Of a stretch of DNA of 64,000 nucleotides, positions 40,801-54,000 are shown in pieces. Below the pieces are notes generated by a model. It had not been told where the DNA came from. It did not search any database and saw only the letters and a list, made by a program, of their open reading frames with translations. The position numbers and the translations under genes were made by a program. The stretch lies in NCBI RefSeq assembly GCF_009914755.1, contig NC_060939.1. The stretch is one strand, 5' to 3'. Source of the DNA: the human T2T-CHM13v2.0 reference genome, Homo sapiens. Each line of letters begins with the position of its first letter. Position 1 is the first letter of the stretch.

Positions 40801-43800
40801 TTGAATGCAAACATCACAAAGCAGGTTCCGAGAATGCTTCCGTCTAGATTTTAAATGAGGATATTCCCGTTTCCAACGAAATCCTCGAAGCTATCCAAAT
40901 ATCCACTTGCAGATTCCACAAAAAGAGTGTTTCAAAACTGCTCTGTCAAAAGATAGGTTCAACTCTGTTAGTTGAGTACACACATGGCAAACAAGATTCC
41001 GAGAATGCTTTCGTCTAGTTTTTTTGGGAAGATATTTCCTTCTTCACCATAGGCCTCAAAGCGCTCCAAATATCCATTTCCACATGCTATACAAAGAGTG
41101 TCTCAAACCTGCTGTATGAATGGGAATGTTCAACTCTATGAGTTGAATGCAAACATCACAAAGAAGTTTCTGAGAATGCTGCTGTCTAGATTTTATATGA
41201 AGGTTTTCCCGCTTCCAACGAAATTTTCAATGCTCTCAAAATATCCTCTTGTAGATTCTACAAAAAGAGTGTTTCCAAACTGCTGTATCAAAACAAAGGT
41301 TCATCTCTGTTAGTTGAGGACACACATCACAAATAAGTTTCTGAGAATGCTTCTGTCTAGTTCTTATTTGAAGACATTTCCTTTCTCACCTTAGGCCTGA
41401 AAGCGCTCGAAATACCCACTTCCAGATACTACAGAAACAGTGATTCAAACCTGCTCTATGAAAGGGAATGTTCAACTAGGTGACTTGAATGCAAACATCA
41501 CAAAGCAGTTTCTGAGAATGCTGCTGTCTACTTTCTATTTGTAATCCCGTTTCCAACGAAATCCTCAGAACTATCGAAATTTCCAATTGCAGATTCCACA
41601 GAAACAGGGTTTCAAAGCTGCTCTGTAAAAAGAAAGGTTCAACTCTGTTAGTTGAATACACACGTCACAAACAAGTTTCTGAGAATGCTTCTGTCTAGTT
41701 TTTATGGGAAGATATTTCCTTTTTCACCGTAGGCCTCAAAGCGCTCCAAATGTCCACGTCCACATACTACAAAAAGAGTGTTTCAAACCTGCTGTATGAA
41801 AGGGAATGTTCAACTCTATGAGTTGAATGCAAACATTACAAAGAAGTTTCTGAGAATGCTTCTGTCTAGATTTTATATGAAGGTTTTCCCGTTTCCAACG
41901 AAATTTTCAATGCTCTCAAAATATCCACTTGTAGATTCTACAAAAAGAGTGTTTCCAAACTGCTGTGTCAAAAGAAAGGTTCAACTCTGTTAGTTGAGGA
42001 CACACATCACAAATAAGTTTCTGAGAATGCTTCTGTCTAGTTCTTATTTGAAGACATTTCCTTTCTCACCTTAGGCCTGAAAACGCTCGAAATATCCACT
42101 TCCAGATACGACAGAAACAGTGATTCAAACCTGCTCTATGAAAGGGAATGTTCAACTAGGTGACTTGAATGCAAACATCACAAAGCAGTTTCTGAGAATG
42201 CTGCTGTCTACTTTCTATTTGTAATCCCGTTTCCAACGAAATCCTCAGAACTATCGAAATTTCCAATTGCAGATTCCACAAAAAGCGTGTTTCAAAGCTG
42301 CTCTGTAAAAAGAAAGGTTCAACTCTGTTAGTTGAATACACACGTCACAAACAAGTTTCTGAGAATGCTTCTGTCTAGTTTTTATGGGAAGATATTTCCT
42401 TTTTCACCGTAGGCCTCAAAGCGCTCCAAATGTCCACTTCCACATACTACAAAAAGAGTGTTTCAAACCTGCTCTATGATAGGGAATGTTGAAACCTATG
42501 AGTTGAATGCAAGCATTACAAAGAGGTTTCTGAGAATGCTTCTGTCTAGATTTTATATGTAGATATTCCCGTTTCCAACGAAATCCTCAAAGCTATCCAA
42601 ATATCAACTTGCAGATTCTACAAAAGGAATGTTTCCAAAATGCTGTATCCAAACAAAGGTTCAACTCTGTGAATTGAGGGCATACATCACAAAGAAGATT
42701 CTGAGAATGCTTCTGTCTAGATTTTATATGAAAATATTCCCGTTTCCAACGAAATCCTCAAAGCTATCCAAATATCCACTTGCAAATGCCACAAAAAGAG
42801 TGTTTCCAAACTGCTCTGTGAAAAGGAAGGTTCAACTCTGTTAGTTGAGTACACACATCACAAAGAGGTTTCTGAGAATGCTGCTGACTAGTTTTTATTT
42901 GAAGATATTTCCCTTTTCACCTTAGGCCTAAGAGTGCTCGAAATGTCCATTTCCACATACTCCACAAAGTGTGTTTCAAACGTGCTGTATGAAAGGGAAT
43001 GTTCAACTCTATGAGTTGAATGCAAACATCACAAAGAAGACTCTGAGAATGCTTTTGTCTAGATTTTATATGAAGATATTCCCGTGTCCAACGAAATTTT
43101 CAAAGGTCTCCAAATATCCATTTGTAGATTCTACAAAAAGAGTGTTTCCAAACTGCTGTATCAAAACAAAGGTTGAACTCTGTGAGTTGAGGACACACAT
43201 CACAAATAAGTTTCTGAGAATGCTTCTGTCTAGTTTTTATTTGAAGATGTTTCCTTTTTCACCATAGGCCTGAAAGCGCTCGAAATGTCCACTTCCAGAT
43301 AGTACAGAAAGAGTGTTTCAAACCTGCTCTATGAACGGGAATGTTCAGCTCTGTGAGTTGAATGCAAACATCACAAAGTAGGTTCCGAGAATGCTTCCGT
43401 CTAGATTTTAAATGAGGATATTCCCGTTTCCAACGAAATCCTCGAAGCTATCCAAATATCCACTTGCAGATTCCACAAAAAGAGTGTTTCAAAACTGCTC
43501 TGTCAAAAGATAGGTTCAACTCTGTTAGTTGAGTACACACATGGCAAACAAGATTGCGAGAATGCTTTCGTCTAGTTTTTTTGGGAAGATATTTCCTTCT
43601 TCACCATAGGCCTCAAAGCGCTCCAAATATCCATTTCCACATGCTATACAAAGAGTGTCTCAAACCTGCTGTATGAATGGGAATGTTCAACTCTATGAGT
43701 TGAATGCAAACATCACAAAGAAGTTTCTGAGAATGCTGCTGTCTAGATTTTATATGAAGGTTTTCCCGCTTCGAACGAAATTTTCAATGCTCTCAAAATA

Positions 43801-46800
43801 TCCTCTTGTAGATTCTACAAAAAGAGTGTTTCCAAACTGCTGTATCAAAACAAAGGTTCATCTCTGTTAGTTGAGGACACACATCACAAATAAGTTTCTG
43901 AGAATGCTTCTGTCTAGTTCTTATTTGAAGACATTTCCTTTCTCACCTTAGGCCTGAAAGCGCTCGAAATACCCACTTCCAGATACTACAGAAACAGTGA
44001 TTCAAACCTGCTCTATGAAAGGGAATGTTCAACTAGGTGACTTGAATGCAAACATCACAAAGCAGTTTCTGAGAATGCTGCTGTCTACTTTCTATTTGTA
44101 ATCCCGTTTCCAACGAAATCCTCAGAACTATCGAAATTTCCAATTGCAGATTCCACAGAAACAGGGTTTCAAAGCTGCTCTGTAAAAAGAAAGGTTCAAC
44201 TCTGTTAGTTGAATACACACGTCACAAACAAGTTTCTGAGAATGCTTCTGTCTAGTTTTTATGGGAAGATATTTCCTTTTTCACCGTAGGCCTCAAAGCG
44301 CTCCAAATGTCCACGTCCACATACTACAAAAAGAGTGTTTCAAACCTGCTGTATGAAAGGGAATGTTCAACTCTATGAGTTGAATGCAAACATTACAAAG
44401 AAGTTTCTGAGAATGCTTCTGTCTAGATTTTATATGAAGGTTTTCCCGTTTCCAACGAAATTTTCAATGCTCTCAAAATATCCACTTGTAGATTCTACAA
44501 AAAGAGTGTTTCCAAACTGCTGTGTCAAAAGAAAGGTTCAACTCTGTTAGTTGAGGACACACATCACAAATAAGTTTCTGAGAATGCTTCTGTCTAGTTC
44601 TTATTTGAAGACATTTCCTTTCTCACCTTAGGCCTGAAAACGCTCGAAATATCCACTTCCAGATACGACAGAAACAGTGATTCAAACCTGCTCTATGAAA
44701 GGGAATGTTCAACTAGGTGACTTGAATGCAAACATCACAAAGCAGTTTCTGAGAATGCTGCTGTCTACTTTCTATTTGTAATCCCGTTTCCAACGAAATC
44801 CTCAGAACTATCGAAATTTCCAATTGCAGATTCCACAAAAAGCGTGTTTCAAAGCTGCTCTGTAAAAAGAAAGGTTCAACTCTGTTAGTTGAATACACAC
44901 GTCACAAACAAGTTTCTGAGAATGCTTCTGTCTAGTTTTTATGGGAAGATATTTCCTTTTTCACCGTAGGCCTCAAAGCGCTCCAAATGTCCACTTCCAC
45001 ATACTACAAAAAGAGTGTTTCAAACCTGCTCTATGATAGGGAATGTTGAAACCTATGAGTTGAATGCAAGCATTACAAAGAGGTTTCTGAGAATGCTTCT
45101 GTCTAGATTTTATATGTAGATATTCCCGTTTCCAACGAAATCCTCAAAGCTATCCAAATATCAACTTGCAGATTCTACAAAAGGAATGTTTCCAAAATGC
45201 TGTATCCAAACAAAGGTTCAACTCTGTGAATTGAGGGCATACATCACAAAGAAGATTCTGAGAATGCTTCTGTCTAGATTTTATATGAAAATATTCCCGT
45301 TTCCAACGAAATCCTCAAAGCTATCCAAATATCCACTTGCAAATGCCACAAAAAGAGTGTTTCCAAACTGCTCTGTGAAAAGGAAGGTTCAACTCTGTTA
45401 GTTGAGTACACACATCACAAAGAGGTTTCTGAGAATGCTGCTGACTAGTTTTTATTTGAAGATATTTCCCTTTTCACCTTAGGCCTAAGAGTGCTCGAAA
45501 TGTCCATTTCCACATACTCCACAAAGTGTGTTTCAAACGTGCTGTATGAAAGGGAATGTTCAACTCTATGAGTTGAATGCAAACATCACAAAGAAGATTC
45601 TGAGAATGCTTTTGTCTAGATTTTATATGAAGATATTCCCGTGTCCAACGAAATTTTCAAAGGTCTCCAAATATCCATTTGTAGATTCTACAAAAAGAGT
45701 GTTTCCAAACTGCTGTATCAAAACAAAGGTTGAACTCTGTGAGTTGAGGACACACATCACAAATAAGTTTCTGAGAATGCTTCTGTCTAGTTTTTATTTG
45801 AAGATGTTTCCTTTTTCACCATAGGCCTGAAAGCGCTCGAAATGTCCACTTCCAGATAGTACAGAAAGAGTGTTTCAAACCTGCTCTATGAACGGGAATG
45901 TTCAGCTCTGTGAGTTGAATGCAAACATCACAAAGCAGGTTCCGAGAATGCTTCCGTCTAGATTTTAAATGAGGATATTCCCGTTTCCAACGAAATCCTC
46001 GAAGCTATCCAAATATCCACTTGCAGATTCCACAAAAAGAGTGTTTCAAAACTGCTCTGTCAAAAGATAGGTTCAACTCTGTTAGTTGAGTACACACATG
46101 GCAAACAAGATTCCGAGAATGCTTTCGTCTAGTTTTTTTGGGAAGATATTTCCTTCTTCACCATAGGCCTCAAAGCGCTCCAAATATCCATTTCCACATG
46201 CTATACAAAGAGTGTCTCAAACCTGCTGTATGAATGGGAATGTTCAACTCTATGAGTTGAATGCAAACATCACAAAGAAGTTTCTGAGAATGCTGCTGTC
46301 TAGATTTTATATGAAGGTTTTCCCGCTTCCAACGAAATTTTCAATGCTCTCAAAATATCCTCTTGTAGATTCTACAAAAAGAGTGTTTCCAAACTGCTGT
46401 ATCAAAACAAAGGTTCATCTCTGTTAGTTGAGGACACACATCACAAATAAGTTTCTGAGAATGCTTCTGTCTAGTTCTTATTTGAAGACATTTCCTTTCT
46501 CACCTTAGGCCTGAAAGCGCTCGAAATACCCACTTCCAGATACTACAGAAACAGTGATTCAAACCTGCTCTATGAAAGGGAATGTTCAACTAGGTGACTT
46601 GAATGCAAACATCACAAAGCAGTTTCTGAGAATGCTGCTGTCTACTTTCTATTTGTAATCCCGTTTCCAACGAAATCCTCAGAACTATCGAAATTTCCAA
46701 TTGCAGATTCCACAGAAACAGGGTTTCAAAGCTGCTCTGTAAAAAGAAAGGTTCAACTCTGTTAGTTGCATACACACGTCACAAACAAGTTTCTGAGAAT

Positions 46801-48084
46801 GCTTCTGTCTAGTTTTTATGGGAAGATATTTCCTTTTTCACCGTAGGCCTCAAAGCGCTCCAAATGTCCACGTCCACATACTACAAAAAGAGTGTTTCAA
46901 ACCTGCTGTATGAAAGGGAATGTTCAACTCTATGAGTTGAATGCAAACATTACAAAGAAGTTTCTGAGAATGCTTCTGTCTAGATTTTATATGAAGGTTT
47001 TCCCGTTTCCAACGAAATTTTCAATGCTCTCAAAATATCCACTTGTAGATTCTACAAAAAGAGTGTTTCCAAACTGCTGTGTCAAAAGAAAGGTTCAACT
47101 CTGTTAGTTGAGGACACACATCACAAATAAGTTTCTGAGAATGCTTCTGTCTAGTTCTTATTTGAAGACATTTCCTTTCTCACCTTAGGCCTGAAAACGC
47201 TCGAAATATCCACTTCCAGATACGACAGAAACAGTGATTCAAACCTGCTCTATGAAAGGGAATGTTCAACTAGGTGACTTGAATGCAAACATCACAAAGC
47301 AGTTTCTGAGAATGCTGCTGTCTACTTTCTATTTGTAATCCCGTTTCCAACGAAATCCTCAGAACTATCGAAATTTCCAATTGCAGATTCCACAAAAAGC
47401 GTGTTTCAAAGCTGCTCTGTAAAAAGAAAGGTTCAACTCTGTTAGTTGAATACACACGTCACAAACAAGTTTCTGAGAATGCTTCTGTCTAGTTTTTATG
47501 GGAAGATATTTCCTTTTTCACCGTAGGCCTCAAAGCGCTCCAAATGTCCACTTCCACATACTACAAAAAGAGTGTTTCAAACCTGCTCTATGATAGGGAA
47601 TGTTGAAACCTATGAGTTGAATGCAAGCATTACAAAGAGGTTTCTGAGAATGCTTCTGTCTAGATTTTATATGTAGATATTCCCGTTTCCAACGAAATCC
47701 TCAAAGCTATCCAAATATCAACTTGCAGATTCTACAAAAGGAATGTTTCCAAAATGCTGTATCCAAACAAAGGTTCAACTCTGTGAATTGAGGGCATACA
47801 TCACAAAGAAGATTCTGAGAATGCTTCTGTCTAGATTTTATATGAAAATATTCCCGTTTCCAACGAAATCCTCAAAGCTATCCAAATATCCACTTGCAAA
47901 TGCCACAAAAAGAGTGTTTCCAAACTGCTCTGTGAAAAGGAAGGTTCAACTCTGTTAGTTGAGTACACACATCACAAAGAGGTTTCTGAGAATGCTGCTG
48001 ACTAGTTTTTATTTGAAGATATTTCCCTTTTCACCTTAGGCCTAAGAGTGCTCGAAATGTCCATTTCCACATACTCCACAAAGT
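37857..48084 (-). repeat. Two-HOR (5114-bp) tandem duplication, U16-U17 / U18-U19; boundaries approximate
   Basis: Variants at 38265/43379, 38659/43773 and 40999/46113, and the alternating C/T allele at HOR site 264, all recur at 5114-bp spacing. Confidence 0.85.
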
Positions 48085-51000
48085 GTGTTTCAAACGTGCT
48101 GTATGAAAGGGAATGTTCAACTCTATGAGTTGAATGCAAACATCACAAAGAAGATTCTGAGAATGCTTTTGTCTAGATTTTATATGAAGATATTCCCGTG
48201 TCCAACGAAATTTTCAAAGGTCTCCAAATATCCATTTGTAGATTCTACAAAAAGAGTGTTTCCAAACTGCTGTATCAAAACAAAGGTTGAACTCTGTGAG
48301 TTGAGGACACACATCACAAATAAGTTTCTGAGAATGCTTCTGTCTAGTTTTTATTTGAAGATGTTTCCTTTTTCACCATAGGCCTGAAAGCGCTCGAAAT
48401 GTCCACTTCCAGATAGTACAGAAAGAGTGTTTCAAACCTGCTCTATGAACGGGAATGTTCAGCTCTGTGAGTTGAATGCAAACATCACAAAGCAGGTTCT
48501 GAGAATGCTTCCGTCTAGATTTTAAATGAGGATATTCCCGTTTCCAACGAAATCCTCGAAGCTATCCAAATATCCACTTGCAGATTCCACAAAAAGAGTG
48601 TTTCAAAACTGCTCTGTCAAAAGATAGGTTCAACTCTGTTAGTTGAGTACACACATGGCAAACAAGATTCCGAGAATGCTTTCGTCTAGTTTTTTTGGGA
48701 AGATATTTCCTTCTTCACCATAGGCCTCAAAGCGCTCCAAATATCCATTTCCACATGCTATACAAAGAGTGTCTCAAACCTGCTGTATGAATGGGAATGT
48801 TCAACTCTATGAGTTGAATGCAAACATCACAAAGAAGTTTCTGAGAATGCTGCTGTCTAGATTTTATATGAAGGTTTTCCCGCTTCCAACGAAATTTTCA
48901 ATGCTCTCAAAATATCCTCTTGTAGATTCTACAAAAAGAGTGTTTCCAAACTGCTGTATCAAAACAAAGGTTCATCTCTGTTAGTTGAGGACACACATCA
49001 CAAATAAGTTTCTGAGAATGCTTCTGTCTAGTTCTTATTTGAAGACATTTCCTTTCTCACCTTAGGCCTGAAAGCGCTCGAAATACCCACTTCCAGATAC
49101 TACAGAAACAGTGATTCAAACCTGCTCTATGAAAGGGAATGTTCAACTAGGTGACTTGAATGCAAACATCACAAAGCAGTTTCTGAGAATGCTGCTGTCT
49201 ACTTTCTATTTGTAATCCCGTTTCCAACGAAATCCTCAGAACTATCGAAATTTCCAATTGCAGATTCCACAGAAACAGGGTTTCAAAGCTGCTCTGTAAA
49301 AAGAAAGGTTCAACTCTGTTAGTTGAATACACACGTCACAAACAAGTTTCTGAGAATGCTTCTGTCTAGTTTTTATGGGAAGATATTTCCTTTTTCACCG
49401 TAGGCCTCAAAGCGCTCCAAATGTCCACGTCCACATACTACAAAAAGAGTGTTTCAAACCTGCTGTATGAAAGGGAATGTTCAACTCTATGAGTTGAATG
49501 CAAACATTACAAAGAAGTTTCTGAGAATGCTTCTGTCTAGATTTTATATGAAGGTTTTCCCGTTTCCAACGAAATTTTCAATGCTCTCAAAATATCCACT
49601 TGTAGATTCTACAAAAAGAGTGTTTCCAAACTGCTGTGTCAAAAGAAAGGTTCAACTCTGTTAGTTGAGGACACACATCACAAATAAGTTTCTGAGAATG
49701 CTTCTGTCTAGTTCTTATTTGAAGACATTTCCTTTCTCACCTTAGGCCTGAAAACGCTCGAAATATCCACTTCCAGATACGACAGAAACAGTGATTCAAA
49801 CCTGCTCTATGAAAGGGAATGTTCAACTAGGTGACTTGAATGCAAACATCACAAAGCAGTTTCTGAGAATGCTGCTGTCTACTTTCTATTTGTAATCCCG
49901 TTTCCAACGAAATCCTCAGAACTATCGAAATTTCCAATTGCAGATTCCACAAAAAGCGTGTTTCAAAGCTGCTCTGTAAAAAGAAAGGTTCAACTCTGTT
50001 AGTTGAATACACACGTCACAAACAAGTTTCTGAGAATGCTTCTGTCTAGTTTTTATGGGAAGATATTTCCTTTTTCACCGTAGGCCTCAAAGCGCTCCAA
50101 ATGTCCACTTCCACATACTACAAAAAGAGTGTTTCAAACCTGCTCTATGATAGGGAATGTTGAAACCTATGAGTTGAATGCAAGCATTACAAAGAGGTTT
50201 CTGAGAATGCTTCTGTCTAGATTTTATATGTAGATATTCCCGTTTCCAACGAAATCCTCAAAGCTATCCAAATATCAACTTGCAGATTCTACAAAAGGAA
50301 TGTTTCCAAAATGCTGTATCCAAACAAAGGTTCAACTCTGTGAATTGAGGGCATACATCACAAAGAAGATTCTGAGAATGCTTCTGTCTAGATTTTATAT
50401 GAAAATATTCCCGTTTCCAACGAAATCCTCAAAGCTATCCAAATATCCACTTGCAAATGCCACAAAAAGAGTGTTTCCAAACTGCTCTGTGAAAAGGAAG
50501 GTTCAACTCTGTTAGTTGAGTACACACATCACAAAGAGGTTTCTGAGAATGCTGCTGACTAGTTTTTATTTGAAGATATTTCCCTTTTCACCTTAGGCCT
50601 AAGAGTGCTCGAAATGTCCATTTCCACATACTCCACAAAGTGTGTTTCAAACGTGCTGTATGAAAGGGAATGTTCAACTCTATGAGTTGAATGCAAACAT
50701 CACAAAGAAGATTCTGAGAATGCTTTTGTCTAGATTTTATATGAAGATATTCCCGTGTCCAACGAAATTTTCAAAGGTCTCCAAATATCCATTTGTAGAT
50801 TCTACAAAAAGAGTGTTTCCAAACTGCTGTATCAAAACAAAGGTTGAACTCTGTGAGTTGAGGACACACATCACAAATAAGTTTCTGAGAATGCTTCTGT
50901 CTAGTTTTTATTTGAAGATGTTTCCTTTTTCACCATAGGCCTGAAAGCGCTCGAAATGTCCACTTCCAGATAGTACAGAAAGAGTGTTTCAAACCTGCTC

Positions 51001-54000
51001 TATGAACGGGAATGTTCAGCTCTGTGAGTTGAATGCAAACATCACAAAGCAGGTTCTGAGAATGCTTCCGTCTAGATTTTAAATGAGGATATTCCCGTTT
51101 CCAACGAAATCCTCGAAGCTATCCAAATATCCACTTGCAGATTCCACAAAAAGAGTGTTTCAAAACTGCTCTGTCAAAAGATAGGTTCAACTCTGTTAGT
51201 TGAGTACACACATGGCAAACAAGATTGCGAGAATGCTTTCGTCTAGTTTTTTTGGGAAGATATTTCCTTCTTCACCATAGGCCTCAAAGCGCTCCAAATA
51301 TCCATTTCCACATGCTATACAAAGAGTGTCTCAAACCTGCTGTATGAATGGGAATGTTCAACTCTATGAGTTGAATGCAAACATCACAAAGAAGTTTCTG
51401 AGAATGCTGCTGTCTAGATTTTATATGAAGGTTTTCCCGCTTCCAACGAAATTTTCAATGCTCTCAAAATATCCTCTTGTAGATTCTACAAAAAGAGTGT
51501 TTCCAAACTGCTGTATCAAAACAAAGGTTCATCTCTGTTAGTTGAGGACACACATCACAAATAAGTTTCTGAGAATGCTTCTGTCTAGTTCTTATTTGAA
51601 GACATTTCCTTTCTCACCTTAGGCCTGAAAGCGCTCGAAATACCCACTTCCAGATACTACAGAAACAGTGATTCAAACCTGCTCTATGAAAGGGAATGTT
51701 CAACTAGGTGACTTGAATGCAAACATCACAAAGCAGTTTCTGAGAATGCTGCTGTCTACTTTCTATTTGTAATCCCGTTTCCAACGAAATCCTCAGAACT
51801 ATCGAAATTTCCAATTGCAGATTCCACAGAAACAGGGTTTCAAAGCTGCTCTGTAAAAAGAAAGGTTCAACTCTGTTAGTTGAATACACACGTCACAAAC
51901 AAGTTTCTGAGAATGCTTCTGTCTAGTTTTTATGGGAAGATATTTCCTTTTTCACCGTAGGCCTCAAAGCGCTCCAAATGTCCACGTCCACATACTACAA
52001 AAAGAGTGTTTCAAACCTGCTGTATGAAAGGGAATGTTCAACTCTATGAGTTGAATGCAAACATTACAAAGAAGTTTCTGAGAATGCTTCTGTCTAGATT
52101 TTATATGAAGGTTTTCCCGTTTCCAACGAAATTTTCAATGCTCTCAAAATATCCACTTGTAGATTCTACAAAAAGAGTGTTTCCAAACTGCTGTGTCAAA
52201 AGAAAGGTTCAACTCTGTTAGTTGAGGACACACATCACAAATAAGTTTCTGAGAATGCTTCTGTCTAGTTCTTATTTGAAGACATTTCCTTTCTCACCTT
52301 AGGCCTGAAAACGCTCGAAATATCCACTTCCAGATACGACAGAAACAGTGATTCAAACCTGCTCTATGAAAGGGAATGTTCAACTAGGTGACTTGAATGC
52401 AAACATCACAAAGCAGTTTCTGAGAATGCTGCTGTCTACTTTCTATTTGTAATCCCGTTTCCAACGAAATCCTCAGAACTATCGAAATTTCCAATTGCAG
52501 ATTCCACAAAAAGCGTGTTTCAAAGCTGCTCTGTAAAAAGAAAGGTTCAACTCTGTTAGTTGAATACACACGTCACAAACAAGTTTCTGAGAATGCTTCT
52601 GTCTAGTTTTTATGGGAAGATATTTCCTTTTTCACCGTAGGCCTCAAAGCGCTCCAAATGTCCACTTCCACATACTACAAAAAGAGTGTTTCAAACCTGC
52701 TCTATGATAGGGAATGTTGAAACCTATGAGTTGAATGCAAGCATTACAAAGAGGTTTCTGAGAATGCTTCTGTCTAGATTTTATATGTAGATATTCCCGT
52801 TTCCAACGAAATCCTCAAAGCTATCCAAATATCAACTTGCAGATTCTACAAAAGGAATGTTTCCAAAATGCTGTATCCAAACAAAGGTTCAACTCTGTGA
52901 ATTGAGGGCATACATCACAAAGAAGATTCTGAGAATGCTTCTGTCTAGATTTTATATGAAAATATTCCCGTTTCCAACGAAATCCTCAAAGCTATCCAAA
53001 TATCCACTTGCAAATGCCACAAAAAGAGTGTTTCCAAACTGCTCTGTGAAAAGGAAGGTTCAACTCTGTTAGTTGAGTACACACATCACAAAGAGGTTTC
53101 TGAGAATGCTGCTGACTAGTTTTTATTTGAAGATATTTCCCTTTTCACCTTAGGCCTAAGAGTGCTCGAAATGTCCATTTCCACATACTCCACAAAGTGT
53201 GTTTCAAACGTGCTGTATGAAAGGGAATGTTCAACTCTATCAGTTGAATGCAAACATCACAAAGAAGACTCTGAGAATGCTTTTGTCTAGATTTTATATG
53301 AAGATATTCCCGTGTCCAACGAAATTTTCAAAGGTCTCCAAATATCCATTTGTAGATTCTACAAAAAGAGTGTTTCCAAACTGCTGTATCAAAACAAAGG
53401 TTGAACTCTGTGAGTTGAGGACACACATCACAAATAAGTTTCTGAGAATGCTTCTGTCTAGTTTTTATTTGAAGATGTTTCCTTTTTCACCATAGGCCTG
53501 AAAGCGCTCGAAATGTCCACTTCCAGATAGTACAGAAAGAGTGTTTCAAACCTGCTCTATGAACGGGAATGTTCAGCTCTGTGAGTTGAATGCAAACATC
53601 ACAAAGCAGGTTCCGAGAGTGCTTCCGTCTAGATTTTAAATGAGGATATTCCCGTTTCCAACGAAATCCTCGAAGCTATCCAAATATCCACTTGCAGATT
53701 CCACAAAAAGAGTGTTTCAAAACTGCTCTGTCAAAAGATAGGTTCAACTCTGTTAGTTGAGTACACACATGGCAAACAAGATTGCGAGAATGCTTTCGTC
53801 TAGTTTTTTTGGGAAGATATTTCCTTCTTCACCATAGGCCTCAAAGCGCTCCAAATATCCATTTCCACATGCTATACAAAGAGTGTCTCAAACCTGCTGT
53901 ATGAATGGGAATGTTCAACTCTATGAGTTGAATGCAAACATCACAAAGAAGTTTCTGAGAATGCTGCTGTCTAGATTTTATATGAAGGTTTTCCCGCTTC

